From Clostridia bacterium (GTDB taxonomy: Bacteria > Bacillota > Clostridia > TANB77 > CAG-465), in the NCBI GenBank assembly GCA_045659265.1, contig JAZOWO010000135.1, positions 1-39,276 on the forward strand: 39,276 nucleotides of DNA. The letters run 5' to 3'. Both the position numbers and the translations under genes were made by a program. Shown here piece after piece: positions 36,711-39,276 of the stretch. The notes under the pieces are model-generated. The model made no database searches. It worked only from the letters and a program-made list of their open reading frames with translations, and was not told where the DNA came from. The first letter of the stretch is position 1. The number at the start of each line of letters is the position of its first letter.

Positions 36711-37631
36711 ATGAAAGTAGAATATAATAAAATTAAAGAATATATAGACGAATCAAAGGTTAGATTTAACGAACCAATGGAAAAACATACTACATTAAAA
36801 GTAGGAGGACCAGCAGACATACTTGTATTACCAGAAAATGTACAAGATGTAATCGATGCTATGGAATTCGCTAAAAAATACGCAGTTCCTGTAACTGTTA
36901 TAGGTAATGGAAGTAAACTGCTTGTATTAGACGGTGGAATTAGGGGATTAGTAATTAAACTAGGAAGCAAATTCTCAAATGCAGTTGTAGATGGTGAATA
37001 CATAACAGCTGAAGCTGGGCTTAGCATGCCTCGTTTAGCAATACTTGCTAAGGACAACGGTTTAGCCGGATTAGAATTTGCATCAGGCATACCAGGGTAT
37101 CTTGGCGGCGGAGTATTTATGAACGCTGGAGCATATGGCGGTGAGTTATCTAATGTAATAGAAGAAGTTACATATTTAGATAAAAATAATGAAGTTAAAA
37201 CATTAACAAAAGAAGAATTAGAATTTGGATATAGAAAAAGTTTCTTCAAAAACCACAAAGAAGAAGGAAATATAATTCTTCAAGCTAAATTTAAATTAGC
37301 ACAAGGAAACAAAGAAGAAATTGAAGCAAAAATGAAGGAAAATAACGATTCTAGAAAATCTAAACAACCTTTAGAGTATCCAAATGCAGGAAGTACTTTC
37401 AAAAGACCAGAAGGATATTTTGTTGGAAAGCTTATAGATGATTTAGGACTAAAAGGATATAGAATAGGTGGAGCAGAAGTTTCAACTAAGCATTCAGGCT
37501 TTATAGTAAATGTAGATCATGCTAAAGCAAAAGATGTAAAAGATTTAATAGATTACATCAAAGAAAAAGTATTTGAGGCAAATAAAGTAAAACTTGAAGA
37601 AGAAATAATAATACTTGGAGAGGAAGTTTAA
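36711..37631 (+). CDS. murB: UDP-N-acetylmuramate dehydrogenase
   Basis: HTTLKVGGPAD, GIPGYLGG..MNAGAYG, KQPLEYPNAGSTFKRP, KHSGFIVN. Confidence 0.97.
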   Translation: MKVEYNKIKEYIDESKVRFNEPMEKHTTLKVGGPADILVLPENVQDVIDAMEFAKKYAVPVTVIGNGSKLLVLDGGIRGLVIKLGSKFSNAVVDGEYITAEAGLSMPRLAILAKDNGLAGLEFASGIPGYLGGGVFMNAGAYGGELSNVIEEVTYLDKNNEVKTLTKEELEFGYRKSFFKNHKEEGNIILQAKFKLAQGNKEEIEAKMKENNDSRKSKQPLEYPNAGSTFKRPEGYFVGKLIDDLGLKGYRIGGAEVSTKHSGFIVNVDHAKAKDVKDLIDYIKEKVFEANKVKLEEEIIILGEEV

Positions 37632-37638
37632 TAGAAAA

Positions 37639-39039
37639 ATGAAAGCATTTTTAGAGTGGTTAAAACCAGGAATTAGAGTAAAACGTTATGTTATACTACA
37701 AATAATATCTGTTGTGTTATTAGGTTATACAACATATAAATGTTTTGGCGAACAAGGCCACGGTAAAGAAAGAATTATAGCATATATAGCATTAATTACT
37801 ATATCGCTATTTACTACAGTATATTCGTTTATACTAGCGCAAAGAAGTATTCTTAAAATTACATTAAAGAATATGGCATATAAAGAGAAAAACGGAGATA
37901 TCCGTAAATTGTTATTTACAGAATCTATGCTTAAAAAAGGACCTAAAGTTGTTATTATAGGTGGAGGAAAAGGCTTATCTAACATATTAAGTGGTCTTAA
38001 AGAATTTACATCAAATATCACATCAATCGTAGCTACTTTTGATGATGGTGGTTCTACAGGAAGAATAATGCAACAAATAGATACATTACCTCCTGGAGAT
38101 ATTCGTAGAAGTATAATAGCATTATCTGAAGTTGAACCTTGTATGGAAAAACTTTTAAGTTATAGATTTAAAGATGGTAAAATAGATAACCATTCTTTAG
38201 GCAACCTAATGATAGTTGCTATGACAGAAGTTATGGGTGGTTTTGCACCAGCTGTACAAAAAATAGCTGAAATATTTAGAGTGAAAGGTAAGATATTACC
38301 AGTATCTTTAGATAAAGCAAAACTTTGTGCAAGTTTAGAAAATGGCGAACTTGTTGTTGGTGAAGATAATATTAGACCAAGAGCTTTAGAAGCTAAAAGT
38401 AGAATTAAGCAAATATTCTTAAAGGATACTGAAGCAGATCCTGCTCCAGGGGTACTTGAAGCTATAAAAGAAGCAGATGTTATAGTAATTGGACCAGGAA
38501 GTCTATACTCTAGTGTTATTTGCAACTTACTTGTAAATGATGTAAGTAAAACAATAATACAAAGTAAAGCTAAAAAGGTTATGATTTCAAACATAATGAA
38601 CGAACCAGGAGAAACTACTGGTTACACATTAGCAAAACATGTAAACGAAGTTGAAAGATATCTAGGTAAACAAGCATTAGATTATGTAATTGCTAACAAC
38701 GGCGAAATTACAGAGGATATGATATTAGACTTTAACCAAGGAGCTTCAACTCCAGTAACAATAGATTTAGAAAATATTAAGAACAGAACAATATCTGTTA
38801 TAGAAGAGGACTTAGTTATTACAGCTCCAAACTCTATTTTACATGATAATTTAAGAGTTGCTGAAATAATAGTAGAAATTGCTAAAACTAAGGGAATAGG
38901 TTCTTTAAACTTATTAAAGAAAAAGAATTCTAAGAAAAAGAAAAAGATAGTTAGTAGAATAAGTCCTGAAACTAAAGAAAAAATAATTAACGCTGAGTTA
39001 GAAAGAAGAAAAAGAACGGAAGAAGAACAAAATTCCTAA
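37639..39039 (+). CDS. yvcK: YvcK/GlmR (CofD-like) UDP-GlcNAc-binding gluconeogenesis/morphogenesis factor with N-terminal TM helices
   Basis: WLKPG.RVKR, VIIGGGKGLS, DDGGSTG, PPGDIR, HSLGNL, GPGSLYSS, PGET. Confidence 0.88.
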   Translation: MKAFLEWLKPGIRVKRYVILQIISVVLLGYTTYKCFGEQGHGKERIIAYIALITISLFTTVYSFILAQRSILKITLKNMAYKEKNGDIRKLLFTESMLKKGPKVVIIGGGKGLSNILSGLKEFTSNITSIVATFDDGGSTGRIMQQIDTLPPGDIRRSIIALSEVEPCMEKLLSYRFKDGKIDNHSLGNLMIVAMTEVMGGFAPAVQKIAEIFRVKGKILPVSLDKAKLCASLENGELVVGEDNIRPRALEAKSRIKQIFLKDTEADPAPGVLEAIKEADVIVIGPGSLYSSVICNLLVNDVSKTIIQSKAKKVMISNIMNEPGETTGYTLAKHVNEVERYLGKQALDYVIANNGEITEDMILDFNQGASTPVTIDLENIKNRTISVIEEDLVITAPNSILHDNLRVAEIIVEIAKTKGIGSLNLLKKKNSKKKKKIVSRISPETKEKIINAELERRKRTEEEQNS

Positions 39040-39056
39040 AATGAGGGGAAAAACAC

Positions 39057-39276
39057 ATGATATATAAAAGAACAAATAAAACCTTGACTGATGATACAAG
39101 GGTAGAATACGTAGAATCAAACAATCAAGGAATATATATAAATACTTCTGTTACGGGTGCAAATTTTGCACCCTATCATGGTATATATATAAATCAATCG
39201 GTGGAGCAGAATGATATATACTTATCTAAAATGATAGAGACTGTCATAATAGGCCATGATAGATATAATATAATGG
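39057..39276 (+). CDS. Probable glycogen debranching enzyme N-terminal domain protein (partial, runs off the right edge)
   Basis: Not in the ORF track; ATG 39057 behind GAGGGG; EYVESNNQGIY..TSVTGAN..PYHGIY resembles the EWL.TNG.GGYA...GAN.R.YHGLL motif. Confidence 0.6.
   Translation, partial: MIYKRTNKTLTDDTRVEYVESNNQGIYINTSVTGANFAPYHGIYINQSVEQNDIYLSKMIETVIIGHDRYNIM

Noticed and set aside
26-38594. Numerous overlapping opposite-strand ORFs in the track (e.g. 26-370, 3110-3790, 19557-20099, 36611-37258, 38160-38594)
   Set aside because: They are antisense shadows of well-supported genes, with no RBS or recognisable motifs.

Overview
AT-rich chromosomal window from a Gram-positive, Clostridia-like bacterium, mostly + strand. 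The housekeeping backbone is alaS (3' part), a HIT protein, a YegS-type lipid kinase, tRNA-His/Gln/Lys, a D,D-carboxypeptidase, two radical SAM enzymes, smpB, glyA, topA, a CDF transporter, murB, a YvcK/GlmR protein and the start of a probable glycogen-debranching-type gene. A teichoic-acid-like operon (ABC exporter, a three-module TagF-TagF-GT4 enzyme, tagD, TagB/F) lies at 20.9-28.6 kb. The most notable accessory features are: (i) a complete type III toxin-antitoxin locus with three 55-nt repeats whose predicted pseudoknot shows compensatory base changes, ahead of a ToxN/AbiQ-like RNase; (ii) an unassigned ~80-nt structured RNA candidate (four-way junction with kissing loops) after the teichoic-acid operon, followed by a small ORF with a convergent antisense promoter; (iii) an ECF sigma factor fused through a TM helix to a serpin-like domain; (iv) a 1.4-kb islet at tRNA-Gln carrying a J-domain repeat protein; (v) several GC-shifted single-gene cassettes, including a tandem paralogue pair. 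All calls come from reading the sequence and recalled motifs; no searches were run.
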